From positions 192,001-256,000 of IMG/VR virus record IMGVR_UViG_3300031088_000782: a DNA stretch of 64,000 nt; one strand, written 5' to 3'. Shown in pieces: positions 47,796-56,786 of the stretch. The position numbers were made by a program, and so were the translations under genes. The notes under the pieces were generated by a model. The model was not told the origin of the DNA and did not search any database. It saw only the letters and a list, made by a program, of their open reading frames with translations. This DNA comes from a virus. Lineage: Duplodnaviria > Caudoviricetes. Position 1 is the stretch's first letter. Every line of letters starts with the position of its first letter.

Positions 47796-50700
47796 ATGGT
47801 AGAATTCACCAATCCTTTCAGCAATAAGAAAAAGAACAAAGTCAATACCGAAGATAATCTTGTCATAGATTCAAGTATAGAGTCATTAGCAGATAATCCT
47901 CCAGCAGAAAACAATAATGAAATAACACTTGAAAATGTAGCTGAAGAGGCACTTAAAGATAACACTCCCCTTTCTCAGCCTATTGTTAATCAAAGTCAAA
48001 CAAGTAATTTACCCAGGCTTCCTAAAATAGCTCCTGCCGATGACAGAGCTTTCGCTGAACTTTTCGAAGAAGGCGACAATGAAGAGAGTGAATTATATAG
48101 GGCAAAACAAGAGACCAATTTTGGTGAATCTTACAAAAAAGAAGTTGAAGATAAGATTATCGAACTTATTGAACGAAACATCAATGATTTAAAAAAGAAA
48201 TACCCAACAGGCGGTATCAAAGCTTCACGTTATATTACAACCGAAGTTCTCATTATGGCACCAGCAGGATATTTTGACAAATATTTGAATGATGTCTCAA
48301 GAGGAGTCGATTATGTGAGGAATAAACTTGCTGATGCTGACAAATCCGACATGATTAGGACAGCACAAGATAATCCTACTGATGATGCACTTCAAGACAG
48401 GGCTTTCTTTCTTGTTCACAGTTTAGCTTCAGAATTTATGAAAAATTCGATGTGGAGAGAAACCAATAGGAGCATTGTTGTTTCGTTTATCTGTAACGAA
48501 ATAGTAGGATTTGGAAGAATCGATCCTTTGTGGAGAGATAGAAGTATTGATGAAATCATGTGTAATGGACCAAAAGACATTCAAATCGAAATTCGTGGTG
48601 AAATTACTAAAGTTCCTGGATGTTACTTCAATAATCAGGCGCATTTGATGGAGTTGATCGACAGACTATATGGTGCAATCGGAAAAACAGTAAGCATGAC
48701 AACAGCAATGGTGAAAGGTAGACTTCACGACAAAAGCCGTATGTATGCTACCCACCCTGTTATCTCTCCAGACGGTCCAAATTTTTCAATTAGAAGACAC
48801 CCAGAGAAGTTTTGGGCACCAAGCGATCTTGTTCAAAGAGGTTCAGCTTCACCCGAAATGATGTCATACATTGGAAATCTCATTTATAAAGGAGCTTCGG
48901 TAGCCATTACAGGAGGCACCCATAGCGGCAAGGAGATGGTGGCTGAAACAAAAGTTCACACCCCTTCTGGAATAACAACAATGGGCGAAATCCAAATAGG
49001 TGACCAAATTTTCGATCATCATGGAAATATAGCTACAGTGACAAATAAATTTCCTCAACCACTTAGACAAGTATACGAAATTTCCTTCAGTAACGGAGAA
49101 AAAAGTTACGTTGGTGCTAACCATAACTGGTTTATCTCTACTCACGAGTCTAGAAAATCCAACAAATACCGCGAATCAAACAAAAAGAATTCCGGCTGGA
49201 CAAGAAAAACTAATTATTCACCAGAAATTATCGACAAAATTGAGAAAAAACTTATAGAAGTTTCAGAAAATGATTATGTTAGTTTTGCAGAAGGTTTTCG
49301 TAATGTTGGATTAAAAACAACAGGATCTAAACACCTTACAAAGCAATTAAAATCTTTAGCAAAAATAAACAGAAAAGTTTTAGCTAAAGATTTCTACAAA
49401 ACACTTCTGGAATACGGAAAGAAAAATAAAAATGATCAGAGGCACAGAAGGTCTCCGTTATTCTCTGTCATGACTACTGAAGAAATGATGAATGTTGGTC
49501 TTTTGCATAAATCTTCGGTTGATGGTCACAAAAGATACAATTTTCATATTCCTGTTCTTGAAAATGCTGTTGAATATGATAATGGTAAATCACCTGAAGA
49601 TCTGCCTATTCATCCTTATTTGTTCGGACTGTGGTTAGGAGACGGAAGCTCAAGCAAGGCTGTTTTGACCGGAGCAGCTGATGATGTTGAATTCTATAAC
49701 AACTATTTTAACTACGCCCCTGAAACAAAAATATTCAAAACTATAGGAAAATCAGATAGTAACTGGAAGATTACTGTCCTCAATTTCAGAAACAATCTTC
49801 TTGAACTGGGTGTTGTCCAAAAAACAACCGCTGAAGGCTCTAAAAAGCATATCCCCGATATCTACAAGTATGCTAGTGTAGAGTCCCGTAGAATGCTCAT
49901 TGCTGGTCTTATAGATAGTGATGGTTGGGCTAACACAAGATGCCCCGGATGGATTTTCACCAATACTAACGAAACTCTTGTTAAAGATTATATTCAAGTT
50001 GCATCATCTTTGGCTTACAAGGTTTCACGAAGTAAGGATAAGCAAAAATATTTTGATTATAAGGGCGAGAAAAAAGCTGGAAAAACTTCATGGGATGTTT
50101 CTATTGTTACTCATGATTCTTTAGCATATCTCCCAAGAAAAATCGAAGCACATAAGAAAATGCTTAAACAATTCCCGGAGAGTTTGGGAAGACAAGATGA
50201 CATTTCTATTGTTGACATTAAACCTGTTGAGGGCAGAATTGAAAACATGGTATGTATTACTGTTGACTCTCCTGACTCTACCTACATGATAGAGAACAGC
50301 TTTATCACCACTCACAACACTTCTTTGTTAAACGCTTTGACAGGCTTTTATAAGCCAAGAGTAAGAATTTTAACACTTGAAGATAACATTGAAATGAAAC
50401 CCAACCCTAAGAAATATTTAGCTGCTGCAATGGAATGTCGCGCTCCTGCTGTTGACAGACCAAGCGATAAAGGGGTTTCTATGAGAGATTTAGTGAAGGG
50501 ATCTTTGCAGTTAAGACCAGATGCTATTATCGTAGGTGAGGTAACTGATGATGCAGCCTTCGATCTTTGTCAAGCATTGAATACAGGTCATGCAGGAATG
50601 TCAACAATTCACGCTAACAGCTCTATAGAAGCTATCCCGCGTATTGCATCTTTGATTGCGCAGGGTGGTTTAGTCACATCAGAAGGAAGCTTAGAGCTTA

Positions 50701-51005
50701 TTTCTTCCGCTTTTGATATCGTTGTCTCTGTTAAGCACTTCCCTCTTGATGGATCCCGCCGAATTGTCTCTGTTGATGAAGTAGGATCAACACCAGTAGA
50801 AATAAACGGAAGACTCACACTACCTGTTTATCCATTGTGGAAGTTCATTGATGAAGGACTAAATGCGGAAGGAAAAGTCATCGGCCATTGGGAGCAGGTA
50901 GGCGATATTAGTAAAGAACGACAAGAACGAAAACTTCTCAACATTGAAGAAAGCTTAAATTGGGAAGATTTGAAAGAACTCAGCAGCATCCCTGGACAGG
51001 AGTAA
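47796..51005 (+). CDS. tadA: Tad assembly ATPase TadA/CpaF containing an intein
   Basis: EIMCNG, DGPNFSIRR, Walker A GGTHSGK|T split by the intein, EDNIE, LRPDAIIVGEV, NTGH...STIHAN. Confidence 0.93.
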   Translation: MVEFTNPFSNKKKNKVNTEDNLVIDSSIESLADNPPAENNNEITLENVAEEALKDNTPLSQPIVNQSQTSNLPRLPKIAPADDRAFAELFEEGDNEESELYRAKQETNFGESYKKEVEDKIIELIERNINDLKKKYPTGGIKASRYITTEVLIMAPAGYFDKYLNDVSRGVDYVRNKLADADKSDMIRTAQDNPTDDALQDRAFFLVHSLASEFMKNSMWRETNRSIVVSFICNEIVGFGRIDPLWRDRSIDEIMCNGPKDIQIEIRGEITKVPGCYFNNQAHLMELIDRLYGAIGKTVSMTTAMVKGRLHDKSRMYATHPVISPDGPNFSIRRHPEKFWAPSDLVQRGSASPEMMSYIGNLIYKGASVAITGGTHSGKEMVAETKVHTPSGITTMGEIQIGDQIFDHHGNIATVTNKFPQPLRQVYEISFSNGEKSYVGANHNWFISTHESRKSNKYRESNKKNSGWTRKTNYSPEIIDKIEKKLIEVSENDYVSFAEGFRNVGLKTTGSKHLTKQLKSLAKINRKVLAKDFYKTLLEYGKKNKNDQRHRRSPLFSVMTTEEMMNVGLLHKSSVDGHKRYNFHIPVLENAVEYDNGKSPEDLPIHPYLFGLWLGDGSSSKAVLTGAADDVEFYNNYFNYAPETKIFKTIGKSDSNWKITVLNFRNNLLELGVVQKTTAEGSKKHIPDIYKYASVESRRMLIAGLIDSDGWANTRCPGWIFTNTNETLVKDYIQVASSLAYKVSRSKDKQKYFDYKGEKKAGKTSWDVSIVTHDSLAYLPRKIEAHKKMLKQFPESLGRQDDISIVDIKPVEGRIENMVCITVDSPDSTYMIENSFITTHNTSLLNALTGFYKPRVRILTLEDNIEMKPNPKKYLAAAMECRAPAVDRPSDKGVSMRDLVKGSLQLRPDAIIVGEVTDDAAFDLCQALNTGHAGMSTIHANSSIEAIPRIASLIAQGGLVTSEGSLELISSAFDIVVSVKHFPLDGSRRIVSVDEVGSTPVEINGRLTLPVYPLWKFIDEGLNAEGKVIGHWEQVGDISKERQERKLLNIEESLNWEDLKELSSIPGQE
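48933..50318 (+). mobile_element. 462-aa class-3-type intein with a LAGLIDADG endonuclease, inserted in the TadA Walker A
   Basis: Block A EMVAETKVHTPSG; block B ANHNW; LAGLIDADG motifs YLFGLWLGDG and LIAGLIDSDG; block F MVCITV; block G ITTHN|T. Confidence 0.9.
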
Positions 51006-51012
51006 CTACCAT

Positions 51013-51963
51013 ATGATTTACAGTGATTTTTTCCCATATGTTATAGCGGGAGGGATAACAGCCCTTCTCGTGCTACTCGGAGTACTCATATTTTTTGCTG
51101 TAAAAAGTAGTTCTCAGAAAATGAACTATAACGAACAGCTTGAAGCACTTATTCAAGACGATGATGAAGATCAAGTTCAAGTAAAAATGGGGCTTGTCCA
51201 AAAATGGAATCATTATTGGACAGAATTATTCAAAACCGCAGGATTCGCCAGATATAAAGAGGAAAACAGTTCTGCAGGTAGAGATGTTCTATTCGGAATG
51301 ATTATATTTGCAGTATTAGTATCACTCCTTGCAAGAAATCCTATCATCGGTGTTGCTGTATCTGTTGCTCTCACCTTTGGTATCTCTGTTATCGTCAAAA
51401 ATGTTTCCAATAAAAAATCAGATAGTATCAATTACCAATTACCAGGATTCATTTTCGCCCTCAAAGCTAACATTCAAGCATCAGAAACAAACGAAAGAGC
51501 TATGCTTAAAGTTATTGATAGTATGCCTTCGCCATTATATGAAGATCTTGTTATTGTCAAAAACAAACTGCTTGCCAGTGCATCATTTAAAGAAGCCTTG
51601 GAAAATCTTGCTGAAAAAACCGCTTCAAAAGACCTTAGATTCTTAGCTGCATGTATGATTCAAGCCGCAAACAGCGGAGCAAACCTTGAATCGCAGCTTG
51701 ATTCTATTCAAAAAGTTCTTGAACAAAGAAGAAAAGTAGCTGACGAAATTAATAGAGCTGTCAAATCAGCCCAACCTGCAATCTGGTTAGCATCAGTTGT
51801 TATCCCCGGATTGTTTTTAGCAAGCTACTTCTTCGATGTAAGTTCACGTTCATTCTGGTTTGTTGAACCTATATCCTGGTTTGCACTTATCGCAACAGTA
51901 GCCTGCTACATCGGCGGAATGGCATTAGTGAAAAAACAAGTCGATGGAATTAAGAACCTATAA
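51013..51963 (+). CDS. tadB: Tad pilus platform protein TadB (T2SSF domain)
   Basis: QLPGFI...SGANL...LDSI...QRR, TM helices; follows tadA. Confidence 0.85.
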   Translation: MIYSDFFPYVIAGGITALLVLLGVLIFFAVKSSSQKMNYNEQLEALIQDDDEDQVQVKMGLVQKWNHYWTELFKTAGFARYKEENSSAGRDVLFGMIIFAVLVSLLARNPIIGVAVSVALTFGISVIVKNVSNKKSDSINYQLPGFIFALKANIQASETNERAMLKVIDSMPSPLYEDLVIVKNKLLASASFKEALENLAEKTASKDLRFLAACMIQAANSGANLESQLDSIQKVLEQRRKVADEINRAVKSAQPAIWLASVVIPGLFLASYFFDVSSRSFWFVEPISWFALIATVACYIGGMALVKKQVDGIKNL

Positions 51964-51983
51964 AATATATTAAATACTTTTAA

Positions 51984-52039
51984 ATTATTGGATTAACTAT
52001 TAAAAATCAGCAAAATTAATTAATAGTTAATCCAATAAT
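51984..52039. terminator. Inverted repeat after tadB
   Basis: 20-bp arms attattggattaactattaa / ttaatagttaatccaataat. Confidence 0.7.
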
Positions 52040-52128
52040 GGTTTTTGATAAAATATTAGATAACAATTATAAACAAAATTAAAACAAATTAAAAGCATTA
52101 TAAACATAAAGAAAGAATGTGAAACAAC

Positions 52129-52722
52129 ATGAGAAAAGAACAAATAGAATTTACCATCAATAAAAAATATATTCTCAACTCAAACGTTGTCAAGCATCAT
52201 TTCGAAAAAGCAAAAATTGCATCATACCTGCGAAATCTTGCCTCTGAAGAGGGAATAGAGCGACACCCTGAAAGAGATCTTGCAGACAGAAGACTCAGCG
52301 AAATAAAAGACTTCGCAGCAAAAACCTTGAACAAATCACGAGCACGCAAAAAAATGAACAAACAAGGGGCGGATGAAGAAGAGATTCTGAAAAGACTTGA
52401 CGAAATTGAACAAGAAAGCGGAGAAATCAAAACAACACAAGTTCCTTTCATGTTCACTCATTTCAAAATCACTCTCACAGCCTGTCCTCCGACGAAAAGA
52501 AGGATGGACCCACCGAATCTCTACCCCACCCTCAAAGCCCTCATAGACGGGCTTACAGACGCTTCCTGGTGGGTTGATGATCAATTTGCAAACCTTGTTG
52601 AAGTATCATTCAAATATGGTGGAATTTCTGGAGAAAAGGATTATTTTAAACTTATCCTTGACATAGAAGAAGTAGAAGACTGTTCAGGTTATGTTCTCGT
52701 TCCAGAATTTGTCAAAAGATGA
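52129..52722 (+). CDS. RusA-like Holliday junction resolvase
   Basis: PPTKRRMDPPNLYPTLKALIDGLTD...WVDD, matching the RusA D-x-x-N...K...D...DD pattern. Confidence 0.75.
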   Translation: MRKEQIEFTINKKYILNSNVVKHHFEKAKIASYLRNLASEEGIERHPERDLADRRLSEIKDFAAKTLNKSRARKKMNKQGADEEEILKRLDEIEQESGEIKTTQVPFMFTHFKITLTACPPTKRRMDPPNLYPTLKALIDGLTDASWWVDDQFANLVEVSFKYGGISGEKDYFKLILDIEEVEDCSGYVLVPEFVKR

Positions 52723-52725
52723 ATA

Positions 52726-53910
52726 ATGATTGAACAACTATTGTTAGAATGGAATCCCAAAAACAAATTTTCGCTCACCGAAGATAAATTAGGATCCCAT
52801 AGAAAAGCATTATGGATTTGTGGAAAAAGCCATGAATACGAATCAGCAATAAGAAATAGAGCTAATGGGTCTCAATGTCCTTATTGTAGCGGAAAACTTG
52901 CTATTGCAGGGGAAACAGACCTAAAAACAACACATCCACATTTGATTAAAGAATGGGATGTTGAGAAAAACACAATTTATCCAAACAAAGTGAAAGCAGG
53001 AAGCAACAAGAAAGTTTGGTGGAAATGCTCTCTCAATCATGAATGGGAAGCTACCCCTAACAATAGAACATCTCAAACTTCCGGTTGTCCTTATTGTAAA
53101 AATAAAAAATTATTATCAGGATACAATGATGCAAAATCTGTTTATCCTCAATATGAAGAAGAATATGATACAGATAAAAACATTGAACAATATAATAAAA
53201 TATTTTTAAACACCAAGAAGAAGTATTGGTGGATTTGCAAACTCGAACATTCTTATGAATCAGCCGGGGAGAAGAAAGTGTTAGGTGAAGGATGTCCGTA
53301 TTGCGTTAACAGAAAAATTCTCAAAGGGTTTAATGATTTGGAAAGTCAATATCCTGAACTAGCTGAACAATGGGATTATGAAAAGAACGTAAGTTTAGTG
53401 CCCTCAGAAATAATTTCAGGGTCTCATACAAGAGTTTGGTGGAAATGCAAAAATGGACATAGTTGGATTACACAAGTGGCATTTCGCGCTACTCACATAA
53501 GAAAATCGGGCTGTCCAGATTGTTCTAAACGAGTATCAAAAGGAGAACAAGAAGTAAGAAAATTTGCCGAAAATATTCTTCAAGAAAAATCCTTAAACAA
53601 CAACAGAAAAATAATAACTCCTTACGAACTTGACATATATTTCCCTGAAAAGAAAATCGCTATTGAATTTAATGGTACCTACTGGCACAGCGATATTCAA
53701 ATACGGAAATCAAGAAACATGTCAGCTGAAGATTATCACAGTCATAAAATAGACAAATGTAGAGAAAAAGACATTATTTTACTCATTGTTTGGCAAGACG
53801 ATTGGGAGAGCAATGCAGATATTGTTAAAAGAGACATTGAAAAAGCCTTGTTGAATAACAAAATTTCTTCAATGTTGAGAAAAACAATTAACGGGGAAAA
53901 AGAGGAGTAA
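52726..53910 (+). CDS. Homing-endonuclease-like protein: zinc ribbons plus Vsr/EDxHD-like nuclease (paralog of 33040..34428)
   Basis: WW.C...H.W...CPYC repeats; ITPYELDIYFP...IEFNGTYWHSD. Confidence 0.8.
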   Translation: MIEQLLLEWNPKNKFSLTEDKLGSHRKALWICGKSHEYESAIRNRANGSQCPYCSGKLAIAGETDLKTTHPHLIKEWDVEKNTIYPNKVKAGSNKKVWWKCSLNHEWEATPNNRTSQTSGCPYCKNKKLLSGYNDAKSVYPQYEEEYDTDKNIEQYNKIFLNTKKKYWWICKLEHSYESAGEKKVLGEGCPYCVNRKILKGFNDLESQYPELAEQWDYEKNVSLVPSEIISGSHTRVWWKCKNGHSWITQVAFRATHIRKSGCPDCSKRVSKGEQEVRKFAENILQEKSLNNNRKIITPYELDIYFPEKKIAIEFNGTYWHSDIQIRKSRNMSAEDYHSHKIDKCREKDIILLIVWQDDWESNADIVKRDIEKALLNNKISSMLRKTINGEKEE

Positions 53911-53911
53911 A

Positions 53912-54391
53912 ATGTCTGATAGATACGTTTATACTGCCAACATGACGAACTTCTTTTCAAGAGAATTATATATGTATAGCCTCGGTGACATTAAATTCAA
54001 AAAACCGATTTCGTTGAAAAAGGTAGCTTATACAACTGCTTTCGTAATTATTTGGACACTTCCTATTATACTTATTTTTGGAATTCAGCTTAATCCATTC
54101 TATTTTGCTATTGTGCTTTTGCCGCCTTTTGTTTTGGGTAATTTTGCTGCTAAGCCTGTATGGGGCGGTAGAGGATTAGTTGATTTTATTAAAACTTTGA
54201 GTGGATTCATTGCTGAACCTAAAGGGTGGACGGATTTGAATGCTACTAATGTATTAGATAAAGAAGTTCTATTCATTGAACAAGAAATTTGGATAAGCCG
54301 ACGAAGAGAATTGTATCTTCTTGCTCAACTGAAAGAGCAGAAAGAGCGTGAGTCTGGAAAAATCAAACCCCGAAAGAAATTGAGAAAGTGA
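53912..54391 (+). CDS. TcpE-like conjugal transfer membrane protein
   Basis: YTANMT...F..E...YSLGD..F..PI, two TM helices; directly upstream of the VirB4-like ATPase. Confidence 0.7.
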   Translation: MSDRYVYTANMTNFFSRELYMYSLGDIKFKKPISLKKVAYTTAFVIIWTLPIILIFGIQLNPFYFAIVLLPPFVLGNFAAKPVWGGRGLVDFIKTLSGFIAEPKGWTDLNATNVLDKEVLFIEQEIWISRRRELYLLAQLKEQKERESGKIKPRKKLRK

Positions 54392-54397
54392 TAAAGC

Positions 54398-55594
54398 ATG
54401 GCAAACAAGTTTAATTATTCAACAAGTATGTTTATTGGAACTACGACTAATGGTATTGAAATGCCTGTATTCTTTGATACTCATACTCCTATCTTCAACA
54501 ACAACCCGCCTGGAATACTTATTACAGGTCAACCGGGTTCTGGTAAAACATTCTTGGCTATGACTTTGACAGCTATTTGTGCAATTATTGGAAAAATCAC
54601 AGTAGTGCTTGACCCTAAAGGTGATTTTCTTGCTCTCAATGAAATTAAAGAAGATGTTGGAGATATAAGTTTCTGGAATCTGGCAGATAGGAGACAAAAG
54701 GGAATATTAGATCCTTTTTATATGGCTGATGATAAGGGTGATCAATTGGATCTTGTTCTCAGTGTTATTGACATGTTTGTGGGAGGTTTGACTGGCGATC
54801 AGTTGACTCACCTTTCTCCTGTTGTCAAAGATGTTCAAGAAATGCATGTTCCCTCTCTTTTGGCGGTTACGGATGCTTTACAGACTTCGCCTCATTCAAT
54901 AGCTAGAAATTTGGGAGCGCATTTGGATCTTGTTAGAAGATTACCTTTTGCTGATTTGTGTTTCGCACCTGGTTCAAGGAAGAGAAAAAACGTTAAGTTT
55001 GATAGTGGTGTTACTGTTATTACATTGATTGGTCTTGAACTTACTCCTGAGTCGGACAATAATAATGTCAGCCAAACTAACGCAAATAAGAAACGACTTT
55101 CTTCAGCTATTTTCTTTCTTTTGACAGACTTTATTCGAAGAATCATGTACAATGATACTTCTGATAGTCCAAAAACTTTAATTATTGACGAAGCATGGGC
55201 TGTTTTATCTACCCCTGCTGGTGCTGAATGCATTAAATCGGTTGCCCGTCTTGGTCGTTCTAAGCGCCTTGCTATGATTCTTGTTACTCAAAACAATTCA
55301 GATGTGAAAAAGATGAGTATTGAAAACACAATTACAACACGTTTTGCTTTTAAAACAGATCCAACTGAGGCTTCTGACATTGTTGAAGGTATGCAGCTTC
55401 CTATTGGGGAAAGTTTTGAGAATGCTCTTATAGGTTTGAATAATGGAGAATGCCTGTTCAAGGACTTCCAGGGGCGTTATTCTACTATACAGATCAGCGA
55501 TTGGCGTAGAAGCTGGACTGAAGCGTTTGAAACTAATCCTCTTGAAAAAATGCGAGCACAAAAGAAAAAACAAGCGTTGGCAAAGAATAAGTAG
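54398..55594 (+). CDS. VirB4-like conjugation ATPase (ATPase domain only)
   Basis: ITGQPGSGKT, LDPKGD, IIDEAW, RLGRS...ILVTQN. Confidence 0.8.
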   Translation: MANKFNYSTSMFIGTTTNGIEMPVFFDTHTPIFNNNPPGILITGQPGSGKTFLAMTLTAICAIIGKITVVLDPKGDFLALNEIKEDVGDISFWNLADRRQKGILDPFYMADDKGDQLDLVLSVIDMFVGGLTGDQLTHLSPVVKDVQEMHVPSLLAVTDALQTSPHSIARNLGAHLDLVRRLPFADLCFAPGSRKRKNVKFDSGVTVITLIGLELTPESDNNNVSQTNANKKRLSSAIFFLLTDFIRRIMYNDTSDSPKTLIIDEAWAVLSTPAGAECIKSVARLGRSKRLAMILVTQNNSDVKKMSIENTITTRFAFKTDPTEASDIVEGMQLPIGESFENALIGLNNGECLFKDFQGRYSTIQISDWRRSWTEAFETNPLEKMRAQKKKQALAKNK

Positions 55595-55671
55595 ATTCTG
55601 ATATTCCTTTATGGAACAAGAACCACAACTACCACTTTATAGCTATTTTATGTAGGAAGGAATTGCTGAGT

Positions 55672-56565
55672 ATGGCATCTAAAGGAAAGAAAGGTCTGAA
55701 AAGTAACGGACTGATTCTCATAGCAATAGGCGTAGTATCTCTTATTCTGTTTGGAGTCGTTTTCTCAGTAGCTTCGAAACTATTTCAGACAGAAACATAT
55801 TACGTTCTTAAACAAGACGTTCCGACGAGAACACAGGTAACAGAAGAAATGCTTGAACCTGTTGTTACATCTGAGGGAACAGCACCAGAAGCAGCTATCG
55901 GTTTAGCTGACGTTCAGACAGGAAATGTTTACACCCAATACCCACTTCTGTCAGGAGATATTCTTACTATGTCTAATGTTGGAGCAATGGAAGACATTTC
56001 TGTTGGTATTCCTGATACTTGGGTTATCACAAACTTCTCAGTAAACGCGGATGATGCTGTTGGCGGAAGAATCCAAAGAGGAACATATTTTGACATTATG
56101 GTCACATCCGATGATGGTTCATTCTATCCTTTTGTCAATGTTCTTGCACTTGACACAACAGTAGATCTCAGCAATGCATCCTCTTCTGAAGCTGCTGATT
56201 CCGAAGAGGCACATGAAGGACAAACCTCACAATATGTTGTTGGTATGTCTCCTGAAAATGCCGCTAAATTACAAAACATTGTCAAAAAGTACAACAATGA
56301 CATCAAACTCGTTCTTTCACCAAGACAGAATGAATACGAGAAACCACAACTTGCTTCTTACAGCGGTAACTTCAAGTTTGCATCAGGTGACGAAACTATT
56401 GCACCAGGACAAGGTGAAGATGGAGAGCAAACTGACTACACATTCACTGATGTTGAACGTGATGCATTCGGAAGACCAGTTGAGAAACTTGAAAACTGTT
56501 CATCAGGAAACTCAAAGGTTGCTGGTGAAGATTGTAAAGACAGTGAAACACAATCTGATGAGTAA
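55672..56565 (+). CDS. cpaB: Flp pilus assembly protein CpaB/RcpC (SAF domain)
   Basis: N-terminal TM helix, SAF pattern YVLKQDVPTRTQVTEEML, GGRIQRGTYFDI, NVLAL. Confidence 0.8.
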   Translation: MASKGKKGLKSNGLILIAIGVVSLILFGVVFSVASKLFQTETYYVLKQDVPTRTQVTEEMLEPVVTSEGTAPEAAIGLADVQTGNVYTQYPLLSGDILTMSNVGAMEDISVGIPDTWVITNFSVNADDAVGGRIQRGTYFDIMVTSDDGSFYPFVNVLALDTTVDLSNASSSEAADSEEAHEGQTSQYVVGMSPENAAKLQNIVKKYNNDIKLVLSPRQNEYEKPQLASYSGNFKFASGDETIAPGQGEDGEQTDYTFTDVERDAFGRPVEKLENCSSGNSKVAGEDCKDSETQSDE

Positions 56566-56584
56566 TAGTTTAGATTAAGCAATA

Positions 56585-56637
56585 AAAACCATAGGGCTGT
56601 AGTAGGTTTGGAAACATTCATACAGCCCTATGGTTTT
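56585..56637 (+). terminator. Hairpin after cpaB
   Basis: 17-bp arms aaaaccatagggctgta / tacagccctatggtttt. Confidence 0.7.
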
Positions 56638-56786
56638 GTCTGAAAATACTATTCTGATATTAAAACATGGAAGCGTGAAAACTTCTAAATGAAAACCAAA
56701 AATAATTATTTCTTCGTCTACCACCACGAAGAAGAGGGTAAGATTATTCAGTAGATCACCCAACTTCTGAAAGAAAAGGGAAAAAC

